From: Chara braunii
Taxonomy: Eukaryota > Plantae > Charophyceae
NCBI GenBank assembly: GCA_003427395.1
Contig: BFEA01000025.1
Coordinates: forward strand, 3,448,728 to 3,512,727
Direction: 5' to 3'
Length of the DNA stretch: 64,000 bases
Shown in pieces: positions 12,176-24,837 of the stretch; the first letter of the stretch is position 1; the number at the start of each line of letters is the position of its first letter. Position numbers and translations under genes: made by a program. Below the pieces are notes generated by a model that saw only the letters and a program-made list of their open reading frames with translations, ran no database searches and had not been told where the DNA came from.

Positions 12176-13095
12176 AAGAAAGAAAGAAAAAACAAAAAAG
12201 GGGAAGCTACGCGGGAGTCACAAAAATGAGTTATAATTGCACTATGGGCCAAGATACAGTTTCGAATTGTCGTTCGGGCAATGTATATTGTCTACCACGT
12301 GGGCGCGGGGAACGCAACTGTAAGGTAGCCAAAGCAACGAGATNNNNNNNNNNNNNNNNNNNNNNNNNNNNNNNNNNNNNNNNNNNNNNNNNNNNNNNNN
12401 NNNNNNNNNNNNNNNNNNNNNNNNNNNNNNNNNNNNNNNNNNNNNNNNNNNNNNNNNNNNNNNNNNNNNNNNNNNNNNNNNNNNNNNNNNNNNNNNNNNN
12501 NNNNNNNNNNNNNNNNNNNNNNNNNNNNNNNNNNNNNNNNNNNNNNNNNNNNNNNNNNNNNNNNNNNNNNNNNNNNNNNNNNNNNNNNNNNNNNNNNNNN
12601 NNNNNNNNNNNNNNNNNNNNNNNNNNNNNNNNNNNNNNNNNNNNNNNNNNNNNNNNNNNNNNNNNNNNNNNNNNNNNNNNNNNNNNNNNNNNNNNNNNNN
12701 NNNNNNNNNNNNNNNNNNNNNNNNNNNNNNNNNNNNNNNNNNNNNNNNNNNNNNNNNNNNNNNNNNNNNNNNNNNNNNNNNNNNNNNNNNNNNNNNNNNN
12801 NNNNNNNNNNNNNNNNNNNNNNNNNNNNNNNNNNNNNNNNNNNNNNNNNNNNNNNNNNNNNNNNNNNNNNNNNNNNNNNNNNNNNNNNNNNNNNNNNNNN
12901 NNNNNNNNNNNNNNNNNNNNNNNNNNNNNNNNNNNNNNNNNNNNNNNNNNNNNNNNNNNNNNNNNNNNNNNNNNNNNNNNNNNNNNNNNNNNNNNNNNNN
13001 NNNNNNNNNNNNNNNNNNNNNNNNNNNNNNNNNNNNNNNNNNNNNNNNNNNNNNNNNNNNNNNNNNNNNNNNNNNNNNNNNNNNNNNNNNNNNNN

Positions 13096-13127
<32 letters not shown>

Positions 13128-14347
13128 TCCGTTTGTTGATATGAGTGAGAGGGAGAGACAGAGAGCGGGAGAGACAGAGAGCGGGAGAGACAGAGAGCGA
13201 GAGAGAGAAAGAAAGAGAGAGAGAGGGAGAGGGGGGGGGCTACGACACACACACACACGCACAAAGAGAGCGAGCGAGCGAGCGAGAGAGAGAGAGAGAG
13301 TCTTGTTCCACTGCATTTGTTGATATGAGTGAGAGACAGAGACAGAGAGTGAGAGAGAAAAAGAAAGAGAGATAAAGACAGAGGGAGGGGGGGGGTGTAC
13401 CACACACAGAATGTCGAGCGCATCGGTCCACAAAGGGACCCTCCTGGCCGGGTCACGTAGGATTTGAGGGCAGGACTTTCATCCTTTTATCGCGCACAAA
13501 TGGAGCTTTCGTAGCCGGTCCTGCTGAGTGCACTAGCCATACCTCTCGCGAACCCCTATGACAGGATAGGGGTCATGCAAGGTATAACTTACCTCCACCT
13601 GCTCGCATTGACGTTAAACTCGTCGGTTCTGGTGGCGTGCCCAGCTTGGAAGAAATAACGAAGCAAAAATACAATAATAATAGTAAAGATATAAATATCA
13701 ATTACGAAAATAAAAAGAAAAACGGTGAGGCGAGGAGAAAAAAAAATTGCAAATACCACCTCGGCCCTGCGCAACAAAACTATGGGGGATAGCCCCACCA
13801 GACCCTCAACCCCTCTGTTCCTTCGCATTACTCCGATGCTCCTATGTCGCCGCTTGCTGGGCTCGATCCCTGAATCTCCTTTACGAAAGTCAGACACCGT
13901 AACCAGTAGTGTTAGGCCTAATGTTGAGCTTAGTATTACTGGACACTTATATAAGCAAGTGCCACGCGGCGAGCCAGCCTACTGAAGCACTCAAAAGTCA
14001 CCCGTCGGCGCATCCCCTAAGTCAACGGTCGTCAAACCCTGTCACGGTGCCTACCTTGCGACGGCTTCTTCCTCGTGCGTATGTACACGAATCAATAAAA
14101 ATCTGGTCGGCACCACGCCGGCTCTACGATCATCAATAAGACATGATCACACACGCCTTAAATCTGCACGTCCGCACACTCTCTACTTTAGTCAACCATA
14201 TTGTCACCGTACTCAAAACACAGCCACGTCCTCACATGGTATACTCAAATTTTAAACTAAACTTATTTTATGTCACTCGCGAAAACCAGGGCGGATACCC
14301 TTATAAGGGTATTCTCACCGAGCGAGGGAGCGAGCGAGTGAGAGAGG

Positions 14348-14400
<53 letters not shown>

Positions 14401-14505
14401 NNNNNNNNNNNNNNNNNNNNNNNNNNNNNNNNNNNNNNNNNNNNNNNNNNNNNNNNNNNNNNNNNNNNNNNNNNNNNNNNNNNNNNNNNNNNNNNNNNNN
14501 NNNNN

Positions 14506-14594
<89 letters not shown>

Positions 14595-16362
14595 AAGAGG
14601 TTGAATGATAAAATTGAAATATAGGTCAAATTGCGATCGTGATCTGTTTAACGGTTGGAATTATTTGTTTTGATTTATTTAGTGTTTTTCCTGGAAAGAT
14701 CACAACAAAATCTACGATTACCCCAATTTTCAGATTTTTTCACGCATTTTTCTGAGCAGGAAAACTCACTGAATTTTGAGTACTTTTTCAGTTAGCCTAC
14801 ACATGGTTGAGTGGCAAAAATGGAATATGTGTCGAATCGGTGCGACGATTATTTCGCGGTCTAAATGATTTTTTCAAAATGTTATAATATTTTTTCTGGA
14901 AAGAACATGACCTCATCTATGGATTCTCAAAATTTCAGATTTTTCTGCGGGTTCCTCTGACTACAGAAAATTGTCAAAGTGACCTCTTGCAAAACATCTG
15001 TTTTGTTGCGCCTGATCTCTCTGTTTTGAGAAGACGGGCCTCAACGCATGGGCGTGAGAATCCTTTTACAGTTCACATACCCTCACTTCTTTTTGGGGTC
15101 CGTTTTCACTGAGGACCTGTCCAACGCCCCCCACTTCCTTTTAGGGTCCGCTTCCACCCGATGAGTGGTCCTTCCTTTTTTCAAAACTCCCCGTTCTACC
15201 AGAGCTAGCTGTAGGTAGTCTGCAATTTTGCCAAGGACTGGTCCCCCAATTTTTTTTGCCCCCTAAGAACCCACTTTGCGTCCTGCTCGCCCGCCACTGA
15301 AAATACGACACCTTGACATAGACGCCGAAACCCACTATACCGCAGCCTTAAGGTTGCGAACAACCCAACTTTCTGGCCAGGTAGGGTGTCAGAAGTGCAA
15401 TTGCTAATTGTATCTTGCCCCATAGTGCAATTATAACTCGTTTTTGTGACTTGACTGAAGTTACTCAAAAAAAAAACTGGAACATGGACACACAGGAGAA
15501 TGAAACGGATGTGAATGGTATGCACTTATTATGTAAAACTGGCTGGTACAACCCACTGGTCCATCTCAGCGCAAACTTGCAATACGCGGAACTTAAGGAA
15601 AAGGCGATATGAACAAATACAACATACTTATTCAAATACAACACACGTTCATCATATTCAAACAACCCTTATATTTGAATAAAACACATATACGTTCTAT
15701 TCGAATCATCAATTTTTTTGAAAACTCGAATACAGTTCATATGCGTTGCTTTCAAAGGAGGCCAGTAGGACTTTGGGCCTCGCTCCAGTAGTCATGTGTA
15801 CAAAAAACAAAAAAACATGGTTGTGTATTTCCATATTCCAGGGGAAGATTCATTCTCATTTTGCACATTTGGTGAGTAGTCGAGCAAGACCCTTTTTTAC
15901 TTATGGACAACATTGCAATGAAAATGCATTTTGGTCTGACGGTTGTTGTTGTAAGACGCATTTTGGAACATGATAGTGTGAGTACGTCCTCACTTGGTAC
16001 ACCCATGAATTGTTGAAATACCGACATTGGGCATTGTTCCATTAGCATGGCGAAACGTATGGGAGGTAGCTATGCTTGCAGGGGTCCCTATATAGGCTTA
16101 GAAGCAGTGGTAGGGATGTAGTAACAGTGAATGGCATCAGTGGGAACACCATCGACAAAACCGAAGGCATTAAGTGCTACCTTGCACGCACCATGAGGCG
16201 TAAGGAAGACCATGCAACACGCGTGGATTTGCTAGTCCCACAATAGCCTGTGCTATGGGGTTGGTCTATCCAACTGCTTGAATGGGTAGATGGCTAACCT
16301 AGGAGCCCTTCAACAAGCCCAACCAAACATACTCAAACCTAAGCGAACTCAAGACATCTCCA

Positions 16363-16559
16363 TTAAACCACCGGTACTTTGGGTCACTTCTCCGGTGCTC
16401 CAAATGCCCTGCGTGCCCAACTTTGTCAAACCGCCAGCACAATTTTTTTTTCCCCTTTTGGCTGGCACCACCGACCATTGTGGTTTGAGAGCCCTGAAGC
16501 CCGGTTAATGCAGCGCGAGCGGCCGTGATCGATATATGGGCCAAGTACAGGTGGTTTAA
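16363..16559. mobile_element. TTAA-flanked MITE, family E copy
   Basis: TTAA-ACCACCGGTACTT...AAGTACAGGTGGT-TTAA; shares internal GCCCG(G)TTAATGC with 47346. Confidence 0.7.
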
Positions 16560-19127
16560 CTACCTTGAGCACGTTGTGTTGCCACCGTTGAAGTGAGTTG
16601 AAGTTGCCTCCTCCAATGTCAAGTGCAACGTCGGAGACAATGGTTTCGAAGATGAATCAGAGTCACGATCAGTTGAAGTTCACATCACCTTGGTATTTCA
16701 TCATCACGACAGGGGTTACAGCGACGAACTAACATTACGAATCAAAATCAAAAATTTACCGTGGACTTCAAAGTATAGATTGTGGCGACTTATGACTCAT
16801 ATCATGATATCTCTAACCCTCATATTTTGTATCTGGCCCTATCGTAAGCTCATATTCATTATTTCACTTACCTCATATAAAAACTCCCCATATCTGCACG
16901 GACTTGTGCTTTCTATGTTGCTCCCATTTCCTTGTTTTAGTGGTCTTCTGTAATTGACTATGTATTCGGAGCAAACTCACTATTTTTGTGTTATTCTAGT
17001 TCATGATTCTTCTGTATCAATTTTCTCGCTCATTCACGTAAACGAGTATTGGGCTTCCCTAACGCCCCAATGTTCACGGTCAGGTTTGGGTGACGATGTT
17101 TTCTTAGAATATTCGATTCCATAGTTTTTTTGTATTGTGATTTAACATCTGTATGTTTGTGATTTTTTATGTTTCCAGTTGCCTTGTTAGGCCAGATTCA
17201 TCGGGTTTCTATAGTGTATTTTATAAGTGGTCGAAATTTGCATTGTCCTACACATTTTTACTTCCTTCTTCCACTACTCTGTAATTGACGGAGTCTATTG
17301 GATCGGGGAAGTTTTAGGGGTTGTTATGACCATGTGCGCAGGATTATGGGTCAAATACAATTGAATACGTCGTTGTAGAGATAATCAATTTTCTCGACAA
17401 CAGAACACGTGGTTGCGGAATCTGAAGAAGCAATTTTTTATTTTTTATTTTTACTATGGAATTTCGAGAGGGGCTATACCTTTGAGGTAACTGAACTCAT
17501 TCAGAAATCCACATAGACGCTCTAAATACTTAAAGCCCGAGAGTTTTAAAACATAACCAATTCAAAGTCTTTCAAACTATCTTGCTCTCTATCGCACTTT
17601 TCCATGTCTTACTACGGAAAATTTTCTCATAATTAAATAATCATTCTATAGTGAAATTACATTCTAAATTTTAAATTTTCATTCCATCTTAAAAAATGTC
17701 ATTCCAATTTTAAAAATTTTCGTCTTACTTGAAAACTTTCCTTCCAAGAATGAGGTATCCCTTCTTATTTGAACTGCATGCTAGAGATGGAATGAAAGTG
17801 TGGACGAGTTCATGAAATATTTTAATTGCGCTGTCATTCTAACTAAGGATTTTCAGTCATAAATAGGTTAATCCAATCTAAATCAGAAGATATTTTTTGT
17901 AGTAGAATGAAAGTTTAATTAAAACATTTCGTAAAATCGTCCAGACTTTCATTCCATCTTGAACAAATAAATGTAGTTGGAAGGGAAAGGTCACATTTAG
18001 ACGAGAACTTATCAAATAAAACTGAAAATTTTAGAATTTGACGAATATTGGAATAATAATTTATAAACATGAAGAATTTTTTTTTTATGAAATGCTTTTT
18101 CAACTTTCATTTCTCGTGGGAATTTTTTTGTTGTACACCCCCAACCTGCTAAATTACAGAGCAACACAACTCGCCCAAACTTTGACCAGCGTCATTCCAA
18201 CAGCAACTAGCAGTTATGCCTTGGAATGCCCACCCAAAAACATCCCAAAATCTCTCTACTATGCCCCATACCCCGCAATAACAGTTTGCAAGACAAAACC
18301 CAAAACCAACAAGCGTTGTTCTGGCATTGGATAACCTCATTTTATTGAGCAACAGTATCAAAGCAGCCTGAAATGAGTCGTTAGAAGCCCCAAAAATCCT
18401 ACAGTATACATTGGGAGTATTTATGAAAATCAATTAATAAATAAATAATATTATTCAAGGAAGGTGAAAACAGATAATAATAATTTAAGAAAAACTATTA
18501 AAACCATTTTGTACCGAACAAAACTAGGCGAATACCCATACAAACCGAACACAAATCTCTGCCAACATAACCCAGGGTGGGTCAAGTAGTGCACCTGCTC
18601 CCGCAAGTGGCTCTAACAACTATATTCAAATTAAACAGGTACTATTTTTTTTTATATTTCATATTTTTCTCATATTGTATCGCATTAGGGTCCTATTCAT
18701 TTATTCCATTCAGGGTTGGGGATCCCAGCATCCAAAAATCCCAATCCCTGAACTGTCATTGGACCCATAAAAATGGGTATGGGAGACCAGTACGAGGGAA
18801 AATTGTGCTTGCTTTAATCTTTCACAGTAAAAGCGGCCTATCGTTTACTTCGTTTAAGGATTAACGTGTCGGTGCTTGTACAAGAATGGTGAGCGTGACA
18901 TTTAAATATTGGGGTAAACTTATTACGACGTATCAGGTTTTTCAAATACAGCAAACGATGGCCAACAAAATTTGTTTGCTTACAGTGACAAATTGTTCCT
19001 TGATGTCTGCCCGCAAATGATTGGCTTATTGACCACTCCACATTAAAATAACGAGGTCTTGCACCCCCCTAGTGCAAATCTTGCTTGTCAATCTTTCATA
19101 ACAAGAATATTAGAGAAACACTTTAAA

Positions 19128-19191
19128 GTCCTTCGATACATCCGTTAAAATTGAAACGATGCAGAGAAGATTAGCATGGCCCCTACGCAAG
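19128..19191 (+). pseudogene. U6: U6 snRNA 5' fragment with A-tail
   Basis: GTCCTTCGATACATCCGTTAAAATTGAAACGATGCAGAGAAGATTAGCATGGCCCCTACGCAAG, followed by TTT and an A run. Confidence 0.9.
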
Positions 19192-19620
19192 TTTAAAAAA
19201 AAAAAAAAACTTGAATATACTTTTATGCAATGCTTGTGCTCGATCGTTTTTTTGGAGAAGATAAAATGGTGTTTGAAGGGGTGTAACGGATTTGGACTAG
19301 GCGTGAAAATTACAAGTCATCCTATTAGGACACTAAGAGCTCGGTGATCTCTCGATCTATAGTTTTGATACTAATCAATTTGAAATTGACCACAAAGTTG
19401 TCTTATCATGAACATTGTGGTACAATCATTGTGTTTAAGAGAAATAAAAAATAATTTTGAAAGACACTGAAATAGTTGACCTGATCATCTAATTTGTTCG
19501 AACAGAAATCAAAGCACAATGGTCGGACACTAAAAGTAAGATACAAAGTTTTAAGTAAAAAAAATACATACTTGAAACTGTGTATTATACTTTTAGTGTC
19601 CGACCATGTGGACATGTATC

Positions 19621-19694
19621 CAGCAACATAACTTAGTTGGATAGACATACAAATGACATTCAAGAGGTTGTAGGTTCGAGCCCCATGACCGCCT
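19621..19694 (+). mobile_element. Degenerate tRNA-like sequence (SINE head or tRNA pseudogene)
   Basis: TAACTTAGTTGGATAGA...GAGGTTGTAGGTTCGAGCCCC; no clean cloverleaf. Confidence 0.5.
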
Positions 19695-20149
19695 ATGATG
19701 CATTTAGTATCGACCGACTGTAATAATCCGCTTGATACCCTGATCGGTTTTAGTAGGTCTATAACCAACACGGGTGTGAGTTTGAGCGTGAGTAGGTTGT
19801 GTGTGGTGTGTGGCAAAGTGTTGGCCATAACCACTGCTGCTATTCGATGGGGGATTGGGGGAAGAAGATGGGAGATGCAACTACGAGCACAATGTTCAAC
19901 CTTTGAGTTAGTCGTCCCCCCTCAACCGCGCCCCCAACCTACTCCCTAACAATCGCCGATAAAGGAGGGGGAATAAATATGCACCCCCTTAATTATGAGG
20001 GGTAGCTATGCTTGCAGGGGTCCCCTGTATAGACTTATGGGTAATGTTACGTAGATAGTGAAAGGCGAGTCGAGAAAAAAATATAGCCTAGTTTTTTTTG
20101 TAAAAAAAAAAAAAAAACATATAAAAAACAAACAGTTCAAAACATCTCT

Positions 20150-21250
20150 GAAGTATGGTTGGGGGGATCTAATAAGGGGTGCTTGGGTAAGGTGCAATGA
20201 CCAGGGGAGGACGGTACTGAAGAGGCCGTCAAGAAAAACTTTAAGCTTGTCTTCTGTTACTGGTTTTGACCTCAACCAGGGGTTACTCTCATATCTTCAT
20301 AATTATTACCAACCCATTTCCTCCTTCTCAACTAACATTAGTAGATTTACAATGACATTGCTTGGAGGGGGTTTAATTCGGTCTTATTCCAATTTCAAGG
20401 GGGGCAAGGGGAGCTAGTTTTCAATGTTTGATTAAGCGGTTCCTCCGGGGAAGAGACAAACACATAACCCAATCAACTCATGTACTCTCGGGATTATGTT
20501 CAAGGGACGCTGAACCTGATTTCCAACAGGTGCTACTCCGCACCAATAGATGGAGCAGTTGGTCATAAACCTACTAGGGATGGATGTTTTTACCCTTATC
20601 TCTAGTAGGGGCAGACCAAACTTAAACAAACAAACAAACAAACCACCCCCATACTTACGAAAACCAGAATAGACCGGGTTACAATGTAGAGCCACCTCGC
20701 CCCGGCTTCAACCAACATCGCTCTAATTTTAGCCCTCCGCCAACCACTTGAAATGCCCTCCAAACGCTGCTCCAGATCTTTTTTACTCACCTCACACCTT
20801 CATGGTTGGGTTACAGGGTTGAATCGCCTCACCCCGACTTCGCCAAGCACCTTGCATCGATCATTCGTGAGCCGGGTATGGCAACCTTCAGAAAGTCATT
20901 AATAGGTTGTCGGGTATCCTCTATTTTTACTGAAATACAAGAGAAGATCACCCCTTCCTCCCTTTATGCCCCCCTCGGCCCTGTACTGACCCCGCCCAGA
21001 AGCACGACCTATTTTTCATCAGCCCCAGACCAAACCTTTATCCCCCTTTCCCTCATGAGCATACACTTCCCTCCTAAGGCATGCCCCATCGATCCCTTAC
21101 CTTTATCTATATGCACTAGGGTTGATACAAACCTTGCATACCTCCCCTCCCCGCCTCAAAAGAGAGCAACTCCCTAAATTTGTCGCTACCCCTCCAGGGC
21201 GTTCACCTCCCTCCTTGCGAAGCATGTGCATGATAGTGCCCCCCCCCCTC
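20150..21250 (-). mobile_element. Very degraded LINE ORF2 fragment (EN-RT linker), interrupted by a 3'-hairpin element
   Basis: Remnants WRRAKIRA..ARWL and KPVTEDKLK...SPG resemble the region preceding the RT motif KSPGPDG. Weak, by eye only. Confidence 0.35.
20499..20643 (+). mobile_element. Family C element with a (CAAA)n tail
   Basis: GGGACGCTGAACCTGATTTCCAACAGGTGCTACTCCGCACCAATAGATGGAGC...AAACAAACAAACAAAC. Confidence 0.75.
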
Positions 21251-21680
21251 CAACCTGCAAAACACATTTAAGAGATGACCGAATATATGGAGGATGGCAA
21301 ACTTTCTAATTCGTCTTTGCCCACCACGATTACTCTACCTTATAGGCAGATTATAGAACTGAGGTTCGACGCCCTCCTGACAATAAATTTTATCAAGAAT
21401 TCAATATGTAAAAAAAAAATAGATGGAATAAGGAAAAAACTTAATCAAAAGTTAAAAAAAAAATAAAAAATTTCAACTAGTCGAATGCAATAAGAAGTGC
21501 TTAAAAAATTAATGTTTATGGAATAGCAGAAATCCCAAGTGTGAACGTTCATATAAAATTCACATCAAAGCTTAAAAATTCATCCGATTTTCCAACTTAT
21601 AACAAATACCAAAATATCGGGATCAGGAATTAGATTTAAGCTAGCGAATTGAGAGTGACCATTATATTAAATTTATACTA

Positions 21681-21774
21681 CCGTCTTCAACCGAATACAA
21701 GGTACGGGCATTACTGTTGTATTATAAACTCAAAGTTATCCATAATACACTACCTTCTATTCGAGTGAAGACGG
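21681..21774. mobile_element. About 100-bp MITE, family B (Tc1/mariner-pogo-like, TA TSD)
   Basis: TA|CCGTCTTCAACCGAATACAAGG...CCTTCTATTCGAGTGAAGACGG|TA. Confidence 0.75.
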
Positions 21775-23070
21775 TAGTTGATTAGATGCAATCAACAACT
21801 TAAAAATTGAACTTATAAAATTAAGTTAATAATTTGAAATATTCCCACATCGCTCGAAGATTAATTATGAAAAGTAACGGAAATTGTGATCACTTAACAT
21901 ACATTTATAAAGAAATGACAGACAAAAGTAGAGCAGAAGTCAATTAAAAAAAACGTTACGGGTCGGACTCGTGTATCTACATCAAACAATTAAATATAGT
22001 CATATAATGAATTTAACTTAAGCAACGATTAGCGAAGTTACCATAGATACAATCGACTACAAATCAATTTACAGAAAGTCCATAGGAAGATTGGAGTTAC
22101 ATAAACATTTGTAATGATAAAACGTGTAGTGAACTTTGTATTCAGAGAGATTTATGACGACCATAATTCAACCTTGAACACACAACTCCTCTTGCTCAAC
22201 CTCAGATGCTCCTTCAAACTCCTCAAGCTCGATGCGTATTCCGTCCAGCAAACACCATCCAATCACCACTCCACACGAGACCATACTCCTAGGACCCCCA
22301 CATTTCCCAACCACCTGCCTCTTACACCATAGAGAATATGGAGCAGACGACTATCCGAATACACTCGATGCAGTCAAACTTATCATGAAGTCCCGTCGTC
22401 TTTCAAAGATAGTCCTTCCTCTCCTTCCATTTGCTAGTTCATGGCACCACTAGATTGAGGCGCAAAACAGAAGCACCACCGCCCCTATTCAATGATCGAC
22501 CCAAACAAATTCCTCACCATCAAAACCGCTTACGAACCACGCTCCATCGATGTTAAGTTTATGCGCTCAAATTGCAAAGGATATAAAAAACCATCACCCA
22601 ACTTGTACTCCTCCCTGACGTCCTCCCCTCCCCCTTTCCCACTCGCCCTCATCAGCTTATCGTGAGCACACTATTATGCCATCTTCAGCTTGGATCCGCT
22701 TCTCAAAACATGGTCCGTTCAATTTCACGCCTTAGCACACCTCAGTCTTCCGACATTTCGACCCGAGCGGGGTGCATCATTTTCGGTAGCACCGGGGTAG
22801 GGTAGAGTATGTTCTGGTGAACAACACTTGAGTAGTTTGGTATCGGTTCATTCAATACTTCATTAGCCTGCTTATTTCAATCCTGTATAATTAACCTTGT
22901 TAGCTCTTGTTTTTGAATATCTTAGTAGCCTTTTGAATTCTTCATGAATGTTTTTGAATTTTCCTGAATTTCCCTAGTAAGTGTTATAGTCGAAGCCAGG
23001 TAATGGTCCCGACATCTCATATTCCTATCTGTATTTTGATGAGGGATGCTTTTGAGCGCATTGGTCATGC

Positions 23071-23400
23071 AAGGGGACCTCCTGACCGTGGCACGCAGGA
23101 TTTTGTAGGACTTGTCACGGGGAGCGTCGCCACTCCGACCGAGTGCGGCAGCCGTATCTCTCACGAGCCCCTACGATAGGATACGGCCACGTGAGGTACA
23201 ACTTGACCCCACCTGCGGGTTTTGTCACCATCCCTTAAGTGGGCGTATCCCCGCCGAGTTACCGAACCACATGTGAAGGCTTTTCGTATGCAATCACAGA
23301 GGTGACTCTCTGAGGGCGCTTCTTGTTTGTTGTAGCATAGGGAGGACGCACGGTTAACACACGAATCGGATCTGTGAGCAAGTTGTCATCAGAGGCGCCG
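23071..23400 (+). repeat. Dispersed repeat shared with 13433-13600 and 14295-14322, possibly an LTR remnant
   Basis: AAGGGGACCTCCTGACCGTGGCACGCAGGATTT and CCCCTACGATAGGATACGGCCACGTGAGGTACAACTT have diverged matches at 13433-13600. A degenerate PBS-like CA-AGT-TGTCATCAGAG lies near 23380. Confidence 0.4.
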
Positions 23401-23970
23401 ATCTCCCGAACAATCCTGCATCGGTCGACTAAGACAACCAAACTAACGACGCGATACACTTCTCAACTATGACTCAAGTTTACGTGCGAATCACACCTAA
23501 TTCATTTTTCGCCTCGACCTGTAACTGTTCTCATGCTTGAGCGTGCAGATGTCGCACGAGAGATCTTGCATAAATGATTGTCGTGGTGCAAACTGTTTTT
23601 ATAACGACTAGCCATACACGAATACGAGAACATTTATGGTGATGGAGTACTATGCAGTGTCCATAAACTTGTAGTTAACTTTGAATTGTGGGATCACATT
23701 TGACGCTCATACGTCGGTTGACGTGCGCTCTAAAGGGTGAATCATTTAACAAGCGCAGAAGGAAACCGAGCACCCCGCCATCTTTTGCACCCTGTTGTGC
23801 CCAAAAGTGGGGTAGGGCATGATGGCGCTGAGGGTAGAAGGAAAATTGGAGTGGTGGTGAGTTGTCTGGCGCACCACCAACAACACAATGACCCTTCTAC
23901 CCGAAACTCTATCGTTCCACCAAAATAAATTTCAAACAAGAAAAAAATAAAAACCTCGTGTGCTCGCAAA

Positions 23971-24645
23971 CGAGTAAATATTCATAGGCCTTGACCTATG
24001 CTAAACACGTGTGTGCACCGACTACAACAGTCGTGCGCAGGAAAACTGTTAATTCATACACGGTTTTTTTTTGTGAGTGTGCCGACCCATAACCTATTCT
24101 GCGTGAGACTTCAGGCATAGTTCGTGCACGAAAATGCTTAATAGGGACGTGCTTGAGAGATAAATCATAACATTTAGCTATGCTAACTCGCGCTGTCGAC
24201 TTTCATGCGCTGAGCATTCACGCCCTTCCCATCGTAGCACTCTGTCTAAGGGACAGAGGTGCTGCAAGGGTTGAACGACTCTTCCTTCAACCGTGTTATA
24301 TCGTGAAGGATACCCCTTTTATGATACGTCATTTCAAACACTTGAGTGTTATGCACAACGTGGAAGTCCGCAAAGGGTCGAACTATTGTGGGTAACGAGT
24401 GAAGCGTCATCACGACAGTCGACTTCCTGAATTCGCATAACTGAATGTTATGATTCCTCTCGCACGCACGTCCCTCTTAAGCATTTTCGTGCACGAATTA
24501 TGCCTGAAGTCTCCCGTAGAATAGGTTATAGGTCGACACACTCGCAAAAAGGACCGCATGCGAATTAATTATTTTTCTTCGCACGACTGTTGTAGTCGGC
24601 ATGTACACATGCTTAGCATGACCAAGGCCTATGAATATTTACACG
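23971..24645. mobile_element. Fold-back element with diverged inverted arms of about 210 bp
   Basis: 23971-24183 is the reverse complement of 24435-24645, e.g. TTCGTGCACGAAAATGCTTAA / TTAAGCATTTTCGTGCACGAA. Confidence 0.8.
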
Positions 24646-24646
24646 A

Positions 24647-24837
24647 GGCCCTTGTCCAGGATATTCCATGTTCCAAGTTCAATGTTGGTACTGGATTTGA
24701 AATTCATGCAATACCCACGACAACACACGTGCTTATTTTTTTGCTATTTGAATTAATTGCTCGGGCCTTGGTACCGAACCTGAAATTCGAAGCTCTTTTT
24801 TGCTGAGCTAGAACATGGAATATCCTGGATAAGGGCC
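24647..24837. mobile_element. MITE with 27-bp TIRs (possibly PIF/Harbinger-like)
   Basis: GGCCCTTGTCCAGGATATTCCATGTTC ... GAACATGGAATATCCTGGATAAGGGCC. Confidence 0.75.

Noticed and set aside
9159-14629. Long ORFs spanning N runs and (GA)n tracts (also 34571-35090, 42113-46009, 54112-55236)
   Set aside because: They are open only because of Ns and dinucleotide repeats.
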